Shown: piece by piece, positions 36,487 to 46,391 of the stretch
How positions within the stretch are numbered: the stretch's first letter is position 1
How the letters are laid out: each line of letters opens with the position of its first letter
IMG/VR virus record: IMGVR_UViG_3300027126_000001
From: a virus
Lineage: Duplodnaviria > Heunggongvirae > Uroviricota > Caudoviricetes
Reading direction: 5' to 3' (one strand)
DNA length: 64,000 nt
Program-made: the position numbers and the translations under genes
The notes under the pieces: generated by a model
What the model was told of the DNA's origin: nothing
What the model saw: the letters and a program-made list of their open reading frames with translations, nothing else
Databases searched by the model: none

Positions 36487-37035
36487 TTAATTTCTATTCT
36501 GCAACAGATTTAATAATTTATTTACATCACCTATCATTATTTTTTTGTGAAGCTCTCCTTGTATCTCTCTTGTGTAGTGGTATCCATCAGGATCAAGGGA
36601 CTCTACAGGCTTCCCTAAGATATCGCTAACCAGTGTGTTGGGTATTGGTACTCCACCTTTTTTAAGCATTATATGTTCCATTGCACCTGAGAATTCTCCC
36701 CAAGCTCTGTTCATCTTAACATCCTCTTGGCTCATCTTCATTAGTCCTTCCTTTCCTTGCATGCTTCCATCTGTTCCTGCTGCAATAGATTTTCTTCCTA
36801 GTTCATCCTTGTAGATCTTTATTGCTACAATTTTACCATCTCTTCTTACAAGTTTAGCCAATCCTGTCTTGTTAATTAAATCCTCTTTAGATTTTGCAGA
36901 TTTGAATCCTCCTATGGATGCATAGCTTTTCTGCAACATATCCCAGATCTCGTCAATGTATGGAACTAGTTGTTGGTCTGTGTGTAAGTTTATATATCTC
37001 TCAAACAATATGTTTGCAATAGTTAATTGTTTCAT
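36487..37035 (-). CDS. Hypothetical protein
   Basis: 182 aa. Confidence 0.4.
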   Translation of the reverse strand: MKQLTIANILFERYINLHTDQQLVPYIDEIWDMLQKSYASIGGFKSAKSKEDLINKTGLAKLVRRDGKIVAIKIYKDELGRKSIAAGTDGSMQGKEGLMKMSQEDVKMNRAWGEFSGAMEHIMLKKGGVPIPNTLVSDILGKPVESLDPDGYHYTREIQGELHKKIMIGDVNKLLNLLQNRN

Positions 37036-37054
37036 GTAGTTTTTATTATAAATA

Positions 37055-37657
37055 TTACCCTACCATGTTCTCCTTAATTGCTCGTACAACATCTGATATG
37101 TCTTGAAATCTATGATCTTGTTGTGAGTAGGATAACCTGTATGGTACCTCAAAACTTTTAATAAACATTATTACTTCTTTAAAATCTAATAACTCATCTT
37201 GTGTTGATAAGAAAAAGGAGCTACTGTTAATACTCTGTGCAGTGTAGTTCTGAATCATTGCTTGGTATATTGTTCGTAGTTCATTCAGAAACTCGTAAGT
37301 AACTTTAAACTGCTCCTGAGTCTTATAGTTTGTAACAGTCTCTCCATTGTGTCGAGTAAGGGTAAGATGAGGTGTGAATGAAGGATTTATTATATAAAAA
37401 TAGTAAGATATCTGATCACAATATATAGTACTCAGGTACATTGCATAGAACCCACCTAAAGACGTTCCTACTATATGTACTTCATGTCCCTTGTACAGAT
37501 CCAAAATTGTACGCAAATGCTCAATAGCCTTCTCAGGCTGGTATGATAGTTGAGGTGCATGTATGAGTACGCTGTCAGGAAACTGTATTGATAACTCTAC
37601 AGCTTTTTGCCCTGGTCCTGAATTGAATCCGTGAATATTTATGATAACCTTTTTCAT
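37055..37657 (-). CDS. Alpha/beta-hydrolase (YqiA-like esterase)
   Basis: 200 aa. IHGFNSGPG near the N-terminus and a GTSLGG nucleophile elbow (GxSxG). Confidence 0.5.
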   Translation of the reverse strand: MKKVIINIHGFNSGPGQKAVELSIQFPDSVLIHAPQLSYQPEKAIEHLRTILDLYKGHEVHIVGTSLGGFYAMYLSTIYCDQISYYFYIINPSFTPHLTLTRHNGETVTNYKTQEQFKVTYEFLNELRTIYQAMIQNYTAQSINSSSFFLSTQDELLDFKEVIMFIKSFEVPYRLSYSQQDHRFQDISDVVRAIKENMVG

Positions 37658-37817
37658 TATAATTTTTCTATACCTAAATATATGAATATGTATTCATATA
37701 AGCAACTACTTTTTAAACAATTTAAAAAAATCTGTACTTATATTTTTCTCTCTTAATTTTTCATTCAACTCATGCTGTTTGACTAATTGATTGGCAACTA
37801 TTCTTTCTCTGGAAGGT

Positions 37818-38483
37818 TTAGTCTTCTTCTTCTTTCCCATAGTTATTATAATTTTCTGAGATATAGTTTCTAGGGTCGGTAGGGTTGATTTCTTCTTTCC
37901 AGAGTCCTAATGATTTTAAATGCTCTTTCATTGTATCATCCACCTCCCAGTCAAAACTACCAACCTGTCTATCAACAGAATCTTCCATTGCAAGGACTTG
38001 CCTGTCAGTAATGGGAGATACCGAGTATAGAAAAGAACAGTTATAGCACATAAGTTCTATATTAGAAAGCTCGTAATTTGTTTTGTTTTTATCTTTGAAC
38101 TGAAGTATCAAAGGTATTTTATGATCTGTTAACCTCTCTTCGTGAAAGCCGCATTTACAGCATTCCTCCTTTAAGTACCCTTCAAAGATTAACCTCTGTT
38201 TAATTTTAGCCGGTTCAAAGCTATTAACCGGAATCTTTCCTTCTATTAGTTCTTTGAGAGGAGCTTGTTTACCCTTGTTAGGTAAGTATTTAGGTATACC
38301 AATACCTGATTGATTTTTATGAGCCTCCCATAAAGTTACCCCTTCCTCATTTACATATGTTCTAGCAAACTTCTTATAATGTACAAAGCTACATCTAAGG
38401 AAGCGAGCAGCTCCTCTATTACTTTTAGAGTTCTGCATCGCTCTTAGACAATCATCTTTTGTTATAAATTTAGCTTTTGGCAT
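37818..38483 (-). CDS. HNH endonuclease-like protein
   Basis: 221 aa. CCKCGFHEERLTDHKIPLILQ...NYELSNIELMCYNC has the CxxC-H-N-CxxC pattern of an HNH motif. Confidence 0.45.
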   Translation of the reverse strand: MPKAKFITKDDCLRAMQNSKSNRGAARFLRCSFVHYKKFARTYVNEEGVTLWEAHKNQSGIGIPKYLPNKGKQAPLKELIEGKIPVNSFEPAKIKQRLIFEGYLKEECCKCGFHEERLTDHKIPLILQFKDKNKTNYELSNIELMCYNCSFLYSVSPITDRQVLAMEDSVDRQVGSFDWEVDDTMKEHLKSLGLWKEEINPTDPRNYISENYNNYGKEEED

Positions 38484-38888
38484 CTATTCGTCGTCTTCTT
38501 CTAATTCTAATTCTTCAATACCTTCCAGATCTTCTTCTTCCTCTTCGATGATCTCTTCCTCTAGGTCATCATCCAAGGCTTTACCTACAACTGCTACAAG
38601 TGCTTTAGCATCATCAGCTAATTCATCTTCATCATAGTTTAACACCTCTAAAGGAACATTTCGTACTCCTCTGGAGGTATTTTCTAGCTCTTGAAGTTTT
38701 CTAGCAACATCTTGATCTAGTACGTCTAATTCTGTTACTGTGTAGTCTCCTTCTCCTATTACTCTAATACGTCCTACCTTTGGCTTAACATCTGAGCAGT
38801 TAACGCAAAAGTCATATCCGAATTTATCTAATCGGAGTTTTGGCATATCATTGCCACATCTTGTACAAGGAATCATTTCTAAATTCAT
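38484..38888 (-). CDS. Zinc-ribbon protein with a poly-acidic C-terminal tail
   Basis: 134 aa. CTRCG...CVNC, then an E/D-rich tail (EEEIIEEEEEDLEGIEELELEEDDE). Confidence 0.4.
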   Translation of the reverse strand: MNLEMIPCTRCGNDMPKLRLDKFGYDFCVNCSDVKPKVGRIRVIGEGDYTVTELDVLDQDVARKLQELENTSRGVRNVPLEVLNYDEDELADDAKALVAVVGKALDDDLEEEIIEEEEEDLEGIEELELEEDDE

Positions 38889-38955
38889 AACCGTTTTTAT
38901 TTATTAATTATATCTAAAGATATGAAATTGCCTCCGAAGAGGCAACTTTTATCTA

Positions 38956-39357
38956 CTATTTTTTTAAACTAGTTATAACATTCCATACCTGCTCAGGTGT
39001 TTCAAAGTCTACTGTAATCATATCCTTTCCATCTGAGAGATCTATCTTACCGTCCCAGTTATCTAGGGTAGGTACTTGGTAAATGTAGTACTGTATTAAA
39101 GCGAACTGTTCTTTACTAAAATGTATTTTAAATAGATTCTCTATAATCTGCAGGAACTTCTCTTCATAGACTGACATATCTAATCCAAGTTCTTCCTCCA
39201 TAAAGTCTCTCCTGTCCTCTATTTCTCTTAAAAGGATAATATTTTCTATAAAAAGCTTCTTTTCCACTACCTCCCTAGCCATATCCTTTTCTTTTATCTG
39301 AACACTACCCTTTAAGTAGTTGTTTAGTGTTTTCCTTAATTCCTTCTTGAGCACCAT
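38956..39357 (-). CDS. Hypothetical protein
   Basis: 133 aa. Confidence 0.4.
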   Translation of the reverse strand: MVLKKELRKTLNNYLKGSVQIKEKDMAREVVEKKLFIENIILLREIEDRRDFMEEELGLDMSVYEEKFLQIIENLFKIHFSKEQFALIQYYIYQVPTLDNWDGKIDLSDGKDMITVDFETPEQVWNVITSLKK

Positions 39358-39517
39358 ATGTGTAGTTTTTTACTTCAAAAATTATTAAAAAATCATTCAC
39401 CGGCAGCATTTTACTTAGTGAGAAGAATTTAACTGCTTCTTCTTTGCTCAATGCCTCTACCACCCCTACTGGTTCTTGTGTTGGGTCGTTCTTACTGTAA
39501 AAACAAAACTTACTCAT
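39305..39517 (-). CDS. Small hypothetical protein
   Basis: 70 aa; overlaps the previous ORF, so the true start may be internal. Confidence 0.3.
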   Translation of the reverse strand: MSKFCFYSKNDPTQEPVGVVEALSKEEAVKFFSLSKMLPVNDFLIIFEVKNYTYGAQEGIKENTKQLLKG

Positions 39518-39535
39518 GTTATAATTTATTTATGG

Positions 39536-39877
39536 TTATCCTTTAGCTGCTTGACTTAAAGCATTTATTATTATTTTATTAAGATATTCAATGTATATGA
39601 AGAAACCTATAACTGTCTTATCCTTTAATTCTCTGTCTCTCTCAACAGATAGCCCCAGTGAGGATAGTCCTTGATTTAACTTCTGTTGTAGTTCCATAGC
39701 GATGTCATCCTGTTGCTGTCTTGACATGCCTGTAAATGTAGTTGGAAGGAATTGTACCTTCACTCCTTTTTTATTCGGATCTTCATTAACATCAATCTTA
39801 AGAACAAGTTTATGTCCTTTGAAGTTTACTTTTGTTACTTCTGAAAGTATTTGTTTTATTTCGTTTAGTAAAGTCAT
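39536..39877 (-). CDS. Hypothetical protein
   Basis: 113 aa. Confidence 0.4.
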   Translation of the reverse strand: MTLLNEIKQILSEVTKVNFKGHKLVLKIDVNEDPNKKGVKVQFLPTTFTGMSRQQQDDIAMELQQKLNQGLSSLGLSVERDRELKDKTVIGFFIYIEYLNKIIINALSQAAKG

Positions 39878-39900
39878 ATTGGTTTTTTTATATAAATAGT

Positions 39901-41127
39901 TTAGTTCTTACATACTATTAGATTATTCTGATATTCTTCTAAAGAGTTAATAGTTACCTTAAATATATCTAGTTCAAACTCTCCTACCTCTCCACTCTCT
40001 TTTATTATTTCCGGCAATTGTTGAATAATATTAAAGGATTGTTGAGTGAATTGTTTTGCATCAAACTCTAATACAATATCATTTTCTAACTTAGGATCGT
40101 TATACTCTATAGTATATATTCTCTTTGATAAGTCAAATTTAGTATTTAACTGCTCCTTGTCAATATAATGTGAGGTAATAACCTGCATAGTATCGTCTAT
40201 GTATATCCTATCGCACCAAGGTTCTAATACTTCTAGTACCTGTAAATTAGAGTTTTTAATTACATAGGCTATGTTATATTTCGGCGGAACTTTTGGCATC
40301 ATAAGTTCATCATGTAGTACATTACTTCCCCATTTTCTCCACCACTCTCTGAATTTAATTGCTCTTAATGCTTTGTATTCTTCAGAGTCTTTTGGCTTAT
40401 ACCAAATTGTCCCATCTGGTAAAGGAATCTCAGCCTCTATCTCTAATCCATCTTTAAACCTACTTCCTCTACAAGTCATATGGTATGTCAAAGAATCTCT
40501 TGATTGTATTAAATCATATCCGGCTAAGTACATTCTATTGAAGATATCCGAGTCTTCTAATTCCATTGGAGCAAATAACTTGTCATGTCCTCCTATGGCT
40601 TGAAAGTCTTCTTTATTCATACACCATGGAGCAAAGATTCCATTTGTTGTTTGATCTTTGTATACAGTTTGACTCTCTTTTACAAATTGTAAGAAGTCTT
40701 CTTTCTTAAACTCTTCCGGCTCTGTTCCAAACAGTCTTACAAACTTCTCAGGCCCTGGAGGATGTAGAGGCGGTTCAACTCTAGTAGCTGCTACAACTGT
40801 TTTATCTTTTAAATGCTTAAGTAAGTTCTCTACATATCCTGGAGCTACAACCATATCGGCGTGAAGTATGCTGAATGCTTCTGTCTTAGATATCTCAACT
40901 CCTTTGTCATATAGAATGGTATGTCCTTGTCTTTCTGGACCTTCGTTTCTGTATTTAATTATGTTATCTCCTTTTAAGGATTGAATCCAATCCCAAGTAC
41001 CATCTGTTGATGCATCGTCTAATAAAACAATATCATGCTGAGTTCCGTAATGCTCTTGTATAGAACCAACTGCTTGTTTTAAGTATTTTAAATTATTCCT
41101 GGAAGGAATTACAAAACTTATTCTCAT
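39901..41127 (-). CDS. Glycosyltransferase family 2
   Basis: 408 aa. The N-terminus MRISFVIPSRNNLKYLKQAVGSIQ...VLLDDASTDGT is the GT-A / GT2 signature. Confidence 0.6.
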   Translation of the reverse strand: MRISFVIPSRNNLKYLKQAVGSIQEHYGTQHDIVLLDDASTDGTWDWIQSLKGDNIIKYRNEGPERQGHTILYDKGVEISKTEAFSILHADMVVAPGYVENLLKHLKDKTVVAATRVEPPLHPPGPEKFVRLFGTEPEEFKKEDFLQFVKESQTVYKDQTTNGIFAPWCMNKEDFQAIGGHDKLFAPMELEDSDIFNRMYLAGYDLIQSRDSLTYHMTCRGSRFKDGLEIEAEIPLPDGTIWYKPKDSEEYKALRAIKFREWWRKWGSNVLHDELMMPKVPPKYNIAYVIKNSNLQVLEVLEPWCDRIYIDDTMQVITSHYIDKEQLNTKFDLSKRIYTIEYNDPKLENDIVLEFDAKQFTQQSFNIIQQLPEIIKESGEVGEFELDIFKVTINSLEEYQNNLIVCKN

Positions 41128-41894
41128 TTTAATTTATTATATACATTTTCAATTCCTTGCTCTAATCCGATAAAAGCTACTGGAAGCTCGGTAAAGGTCC
41201 CTATATAATTCTCTCCTGGTAGAGGATCTTCTATGTTAATTGGTACTTTATTTATTGATAAATGGTTATTTATGTAATTAGCTATTTTGCTTAATGATAC
41301 TGTATCTTCATATATGCAGTCTACTTCTTTTAAAAGATCTTTACCCTCCATGTAATATACTATTGTAGAGATTAGATCAGGCATGTATATAAAGTCCATT
41401 AACCTATCTTGGTATACTACTATAGGTTCGTTGTTAAGAACCTTTCTAATACTGGATTTAATAAATCGAGTATCGTTTTCATTTTCATCAAACACTGCAA
41501 ATACTCTTAAGGTATAGAAATCATCATACTTGTGAACTAGCTTATTGATAATATTTTTGCTATGACCATATGGAGTGTCCGGCAAATACCTTTCTGCTCC
41601 CGAACCTATATTGATTAGCTTCTTAAAGTGATCTTTTTTTGATAGTAAGTTATAGAACATAACTAAATTCCAGAACGATATAGTCTCATCAGGATCTCTA
41701 GTATTAGCTACTCCTTTTATAGCAGTATGTATAACAACATCGAACTGCTTATTCTCAAAAAATTTATCTACAGAAGATTTATCAGTTAAGTCTAATTCAT
41801 CTTTCCCAGGAGCTATTATATGGTACCTACTCCATAAAGTATTAGTAATACTTTTAGCAATATACCCTTTTCCTCCTGTAACTAATATTCTCAT
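41124..41894 (-). CDS. NAD(P)-dependent sugar epimerase/reductase (RmlD-like SDR)
   Basis: Start moved to MRILVTGGKGYIAKSI (Rossmann GxxGxxG). TAA-T-ATG junction with the upstream gene. Confidence 0.5.
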   Translation of the reverse strand: MRILVTGGKGYIAKSITNTLWSRYHIIAPGKDELDLTDKSSVDKFFENKQFDVVIHTAIKGVANTRDPDETISFWNLVMFYNLLSKKDHFKKLINIGSGAERYLPDTPYGHSKNIINKLVHKYDDFYTLRVFAVFDENENDTRFIKSSIRKVLNNEPIVVYQDRLMDFIYMPDLISTIVYYMEGKDLLKEVDCIYEDTVSLSKIANYINNHLSINKVPINIEDPLPGENYIGTFTELPVAFIGLEQGIENVYNKLK

Positions 41895-41895
41895 A

Positions 41896-42432
41896 TTACT
41901 TCTCTTTACTAAAATCCCCAAATTCAACTAAGATAGTATTTATGCCATCTACTCTATTTAGAGCTTTTTTATAAGCAGGTACAATATCTTCAGGTTCAAA
42001 TAACTCTACAACTTCTATATTACGATTCATCTGCCTGAAAGCCTCCGAGAAGTTTCCTTTGTGTTGACATTGAGGGTCAACTGGTCTTTCGCTACCTACT
42101 GCTACTCGTATAATAACTTTAGGATCTAACTTACCATTAGACATTTCAATAAACTTATCCAGGTGATTAACTATTTGATCAACTCCCATAAGTAGAAAAT
42201 TCCACCTAGGATATGTTGATACAGGTATCATGCCTTCAATTGCCATTCCATTTGCTAGTCCTGTTTGAAAATATTCGGCCACTGGAAGTTCTAATTTCTT
42301 TTCAGCTGGTAGGTGAGACATGGTATCAAATAGTCCAGTTCCTTCGTACTCTACTGCTTGACCTATAAAGAACGTCTTAGGATGTTCTGCTAACAAGCTC
42401 ATTGCTTTCTGTAACTCTTCAAAGTATTTCAT
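41896..42432 (-). CDS. Transketolase-like TPP enzyme, C-terminal (pyrimidine-binding) subunit
   Basis: 178 aa with a Transket_pyr-like fold signature. Paired with the adjacent TPP-binding subunit. Confidence 0.4.
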   Translation of the reverse strand: MKYFEELQKAMSLLAEHPKTFFIGQAVEYEGTGLFDTMSHLPAEKKLELPVAEYFQTGLANGMAIEGMIPVSTYPRWNFLLMGVDQIVNHLDKFIEMSNGKLDPKVIIRVAVGSERPVDPQCQHKGNFSEAFRQMNRNIEVVELFEPEDIVPAYKKALNRVDGINTILVEFGDFSKEK

Positions 42433-42441
42433 ATCTCTATA

Positions 42442-43068
42442 TTAAAATTGAACTCTCATTCCTGCTCCGGCGTGAGGGTATTTGTTATTAGTATACTGAT
42501 AGTATATTAAATTCTTCTGTCTTAACAGTCCTCCTGTATACTCTGATTCAAGATAATACGGTCTTTCTCTCTTCCAGATATCTGGTGTAGGAGTGCACAC
42601 TGATTTTTTATTATCCTCTACAACAAAAGTTATTGGTAGGTCATGATTCAAACTGTACTTATAAGCTTCGTGAAATGCTCCTGTTTCGGCTGACATATCT
42701 CCTACCCAGCACCAAACTCTATTTGATTTTCCTTGAAGTTTAATTGCTAATGCAATACCTGCTGCTATGGAAGGAATACCTCCTACAATAGAGCTGCATA
42801 CAAATTTATACTCTGGAAGATTAACCACCATAGATTTCCCTTCTAGAATATTCTTTTTCATTACTTCAGCTGGAATTCCTTTTAATAATCCTTGGTAATG
42901 GTTTCTCCAGGTACAGCACACCCAGTCATTTTCTACATCGACATCTTTAAACAATTCTATCATTAAATCCTCATTACCCGAATAGAGGTGTATAGGTGCT
43001 TTAATTTCACCCCTATTGAATGAATCCCCAATTTCTGTTTCAAATTGGATTAATTGTTCTCTTACCAT
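42442..43068 (-). CDS. Transketolase-like TPP enzyme, N-terminal (TPP-binding) subunit
   Basis: 208 aa. VGDMSAETGAFHEAYKYSLNHDLPITFVVEDNK is a GDG-x(24-27)-N TPP-binding motif. Confidence 0.5.
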   Translation of the reverse strand: MVREQLIQFETEIGDSFNRGEIKAPIHLYSGNEDLMIELFKDVDVENDWVCCTWRNHYQGLLKGIPAEVMKKNILEGKSMVVNLPEYKFVCSSIVGGIPSIAAGIALAIKLQGKSNRVWCWVGDMSAETGAFHEAYKYSLNHDLPITFVVEDNKKSVCTPTPDIWKRERPYYLESEYTGGLLRQKNLIYYQYTNNKYPHAGAGMRVQF

Positions 43069-44018
43069 ATAAATTTTTCTCTATAATATTCTACAATATA
43101 CTTTAATTCAGTATCAAAATTAATTTGAGGCTTCCATCCTAATGCTCTCAACTTATCATCATTTAAAGCATATCGAACATCCTGCCCTTGTCTATCGTAT
43201 GAGAAGTCTACAAAGTCTTCTAACATATAATCTTGATCTTTATTGTACAATATAAGAACTTTTTTGATAGTATCCAAATTACTTTGCTCAAATCCTCCAC
43301 AGATATTAAAGATTTCATTCTGCACTCCTGATTCGATTATCTTCACAACAGCATTGGCTGTATCCTGAGCATGAAGCCAAGTTCTGATTGGAGTACCGTT
43401 ATTGTGTAAAGGAATCTTTTTGCCTAGCTTTAAATGCTTCAATGTTTTTGGAATTAGTTTTTCAGTATACTGCCCAATTCCGTAGTTGTTAGTTGGACGA
43501 ACAATTACATATGGAAGGTTGTAAGTCCTACCCCATGCTGTTACAAGCATATCTGCTGCAGCTTTTGTAGCTGAATATGGATTGGAAGGTTTAAGTAAAT
43601 CTGTTTCAACATGCTCTCCTTCTTCAATATCGCCATATACTTCATCTGTGCTAAAGTGGAGTAGTGTAGGTTTTGTTGAATGTTCTCCTCTATGATTCTT
43701 AATTAACTCTAATAGGTTATGAACTCCATTTACATTCGAAGATACAAACTCATCTGAATTAGCAATTGAATTACCTACGTGAGTCTCAGCTGCTGTATTG
43801 ATTATATAATCACAATCATATAGAAACTTCAAATCGTTAATATCACAATCAACAAAAGAGAAGTTACTGTATTCTTTAAATTCTTTTAATAGAGTTTTAT
43901 TGGCTGCATATGTTCCTTTATCAACTCCTTTAACATACCATCCTCTATCAAGGCATACTCTTGTTACATAGGATCCTATAAACCCTAGACAACCTGTTAC
44001 GTAAACTACTTTCGTCAT
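43062..44018 (-). CDS. NDP-sugar 4,6-dehydratase (RmlB-like extended SDR)
   Basis: 318 aa. VTGCLGFIGSYV Rossmann motif and YSATKAAADMLVTAW (YxxxK catalytic motif). Confidence 0.55.
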   Translation of the reverse strand: MTKVVYVTGCLGFIGSYVTRVCLDRGWYVKGVDKGTYAANKTLLKEFKEYSNFSFVDCDINDLKFLYDCDYIINTAAETHVGNSIANSDEFVSSNVNGVHNLLELIKNHRGEHSTKPTLLHFSTDEVYGDIEEGEHVETDLLKPSNPYSATKAAADMLVTAWGRTYNLPYVIVRPTNNYGIGQYTEKLIPKTLKHLKLGKKIPLHNNGTPIRTWLHAQDTANAVVKIIESGVQNEIFNICGGFEQSNLDTIKKVLILYNKDQDYMLEDFVDFSYDRQGQDVRYALNDDKLRALGWKPQINFDTELKYIVEYYREKFIW

Positions 44019-44019
44019 T

Positions 44020-44691
44020 TTATTCTTTATATAAGTGTTGTGAAAAATCTACTGCATCTACATAGTCCTGATACAGATTAAATACACTCTTGTACTTTGA
44101 ATCTACACCTGTGCCGATCCAAAATTCACATTGATGGCGTTCATCAAATATTAACGGCATCTCTTTTGGATGTTGTAATTTATTAATGTGGCTTGCTCTT
44201 GTCCACCAAAAGTTCTGTGAGAAATGACGTACTGGGTTATATATCAGTTCAGCACCTACTACATCGTATTCTTTTAAGAACTCTAAACTCTCCCTGTACC
44301 TAGTTACATTCCAGTGTAGTTGATATTTTCTGACATCTTCAATCCATTTATATTCTGGAACTTGTGTTGAATTGCTAGATCCTTTTGTATGTAGGTACAA
44401 TATATTATCTGTTGGATTATACTTACAGTGTTTAATTATTTTATCTAGTGTTGGAAATTCCCAAGCATGTACATTTGTTCCGTTGTAATTTATTTTACCC
44501 TTAGGTACATTAAACCTAATATTTGGATTCCCTAATAGTTCTAAATTAATTTCATCGACATCTGTATATATTTTTGAATCTAATATATGTTGAGCTATTT
44601 CATCAACTATTGCTTGACATCTTCCATGGTTATTGTATCCATTCTTGTCTATCAGTAGGTTTGCTGCATGAATAAATATAATGTTTCTCAT
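44020..44691 (-). CDS. Hypothetical protein of the glycan island
   Basis: 223 aa. Confidence 0.4.
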   Translation of the reverse strand: MRNIIFIHAANLLIDKNGYNNHGRCQAIVDEIAQHILDSKIYTDVDEINLELLGNPNIRFNVPKGKINYNGTNVHAWEFPTLDKIIKHCKYNPTDNILYLHTKGSSNSTQVPEYKWIEDVRKYQLHWNVTRYRESLEFLKEYDVVGAELIYNPVRHFSQNFWWTRASHINKLQHPKEMPLIFDERHQCEFWIGTGVDSKYKSVFNLYQDYVDAVDFSQHLYKE

Positions 44692-45500
44692 ATTGCAGTC
44701 CAGGTATTTGGATAGTAATTTTTATTTATAAATTGACTTTCTTTGTCAGAAGGTCCAATATAGTCTTCCGGGCAAACAACTATTTTATTTGGATTGTTGT
44801 TTAAATAAGCACCCCACCAACTAAAGCTAGAATTTGCAATTATGTTATGATCACATAAAGACATCATACACATATCTACATAATTTGAATTACCTTCACT
44901 AAAGTGTATATTATCCCCTACTAGTACTTCTTTACACCATTCTATATCGTCTGAGAATACTAATAGTTTAAAGTATGTAAATTTTTCTAAGAATATATTT
45001 ATAGCTTCATTATAATAATCTAGTGTAAGATTTAGTGAAGAAACTTCTAAATAATCTCCTCTTCTAAAATGTACAGAAACTATAGGGTAGTTCTCACCTT
45101 CTTTTACCTCTTCTACCTTACTAATAGCTTCAGCTAATATACTCTCCTTAAATTTAAAAGCATCCTTAATAAGATTTTCATACTTATCCCAGTAGTGGTA
45201 TAGGTGGAACCATCCCTGTATATCCCAATTAGTATTTGGATCTAGATTAAAAACTTCTTTATCACATATTTTCTCTTTAAGAGTATATATAGAGTGAGTT
45301 CCTTCTGAAATACTTTTGATTGGATGTTTCAAATCAAACGCTTCAAATAACCTTACTCCTCTAAACAGTTCCATATATTCTTTGAAGAATACAATATCAC
45401 TACCTAAGTGTTTTGAGAGTGCCAGCAAGCCAGCGTACTGGCTCATCTGCGAACCAAACTGAGGCCCTATTGAGAGGTTTGTTTTTGTTATATAGTTCAT
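44688..45500 (-). CDS. Alpha-1,2-fucosyltransferase (GT11)
   Basis: Start at the internal MNYITK. GSQMSQYA (compare GNQMFQYA), HFRRGDY, and DHNIIANSSFSWWGAYLNNNPNKIVVCP (compare H. pylori FutC [27 protein letters not shown]). Confidence 0.7.
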   Translation of the reverse strand: MNYITKTNLSIGPQFGSQMSQYAGLLALSKHLGSDIVFFKEYMELFRGVRLFEAFDLKHPIKSISEGTHSIYTLKEKICDKEVFNLDPNTNWDIQGWFHLYHYWDKYENLIKDAFKFKESILAEAISKVEEVKEGENYPIVSVHFRRGDYLEVSSLNLTLDYYNEAINIFLEKFTYFKLLVFSDDIEWCKEVLVGDNIHFSEGNSNYVDMCMMSLCDHNIIANSSFSWWGAYLNNNPNKIVVCPEDYIGPSDKESQFINKNYYPNTWTAI

Positions 45501-45540
45501 TATTATTTTATCTTTTATTAATATACGAAATACTCTTCTA

Positions 45541-46386
45541 CTATACAACTTTATAGTGATCGATAAGTTTTTGCACAATTTCATCAATACTATATTCACA
45601 GTTGTATCCAAAATTTCTTAACTTTGTTGTATCCAAGTATGAATTTTTTACCTGTACGATATTGTGAAAATGTGTAGGTTCTATATTAATAATCTGAGAG
45701 TTTGAATTAGCTTTTTTAATTGCTTTTTTAATAATGTTTAAGAATAAGTAAGGTTTTCCGCTTCCTATATTTATAATCTCGTCTACAGGTGCATTCTCTA
45801 TACAGTGGTGTATTGCTTTACATACATCATCTACGTAAATATAATCTCTAAGTACATTTCCTCCGTAATATAGTTCTACGTCTCTACCTTCAACAATTTC
45901 TTTAATTAAGAACTGTAGTGCATTTTTCTTTTTAGAAATTTTTTGATCTCCTTCTCCTAGTACATTTGCTAGTCTAAATATTCTGTACTTTACATTATAC
46001 GTATTACAAAAACTTATAATTAACTGTTCTGCACATCTCTTTGTAATAGAGTAAAAGCCTGTAGGATTACAGCTTAGGTCATCTTCTTTAAAAGGAGTCT
46101 TATCATTTTGTCCGTATACAAACCAGGAGCTAATAAAATTAAAAGTTGTATCTGGATTATCTTTTATATGCTCTAGAACATTTAATAAAACTTTTAAGTT
46201 TGTATCTACATCTACGTGTAGGTCTTTGTGTATATTATAATTGTCAATTGTACTAATAAAATACAGTAACTCTTCTGATTGAGGTTTATAATCAGCTCTC
46301 TTGTTTATAATAACTTCTTCTGGGTATAGTTCACAGAATTTACTGCCGATAAAACCTGTTCCGCCAAAAACGTTTATTTTTTTCAT
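45541..46386 (-). CDS. NAD-dependent epimerase/dehydratase (SDR)
   Basis: 281 aa. FGGTGFIGS Rossmann motif and YSITKRCAEQL (YxxxK). Confidence 0.5.
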   Translation of the reverse strand: MKKINVFGGTGFIGSKFCELYPEEVIINKRADYKPQSEELLYFISTIDNYNIHKDLHVDVDTNLKVLLNVLEHIKDNPDTTFNFISSWFVYGQNDKTPFKEDDLSCNPTGFYSITKRCAEQLIISFCNTYNVKYRIFRLANVLGEGDQKISKKKNALQFLIKEIVEGRDVELYYGGNVLRDYIYVDDVCKAIHHCIENAPVDEIINIGSGKPYLFLNIIKKAIKKANSNSQIINIEPTHFHNIVQVKNSYLDTTKLRNFGYNCEYSIDEIVQKLIDHYKVV

Positions 46387-46391
46387 ATAAT

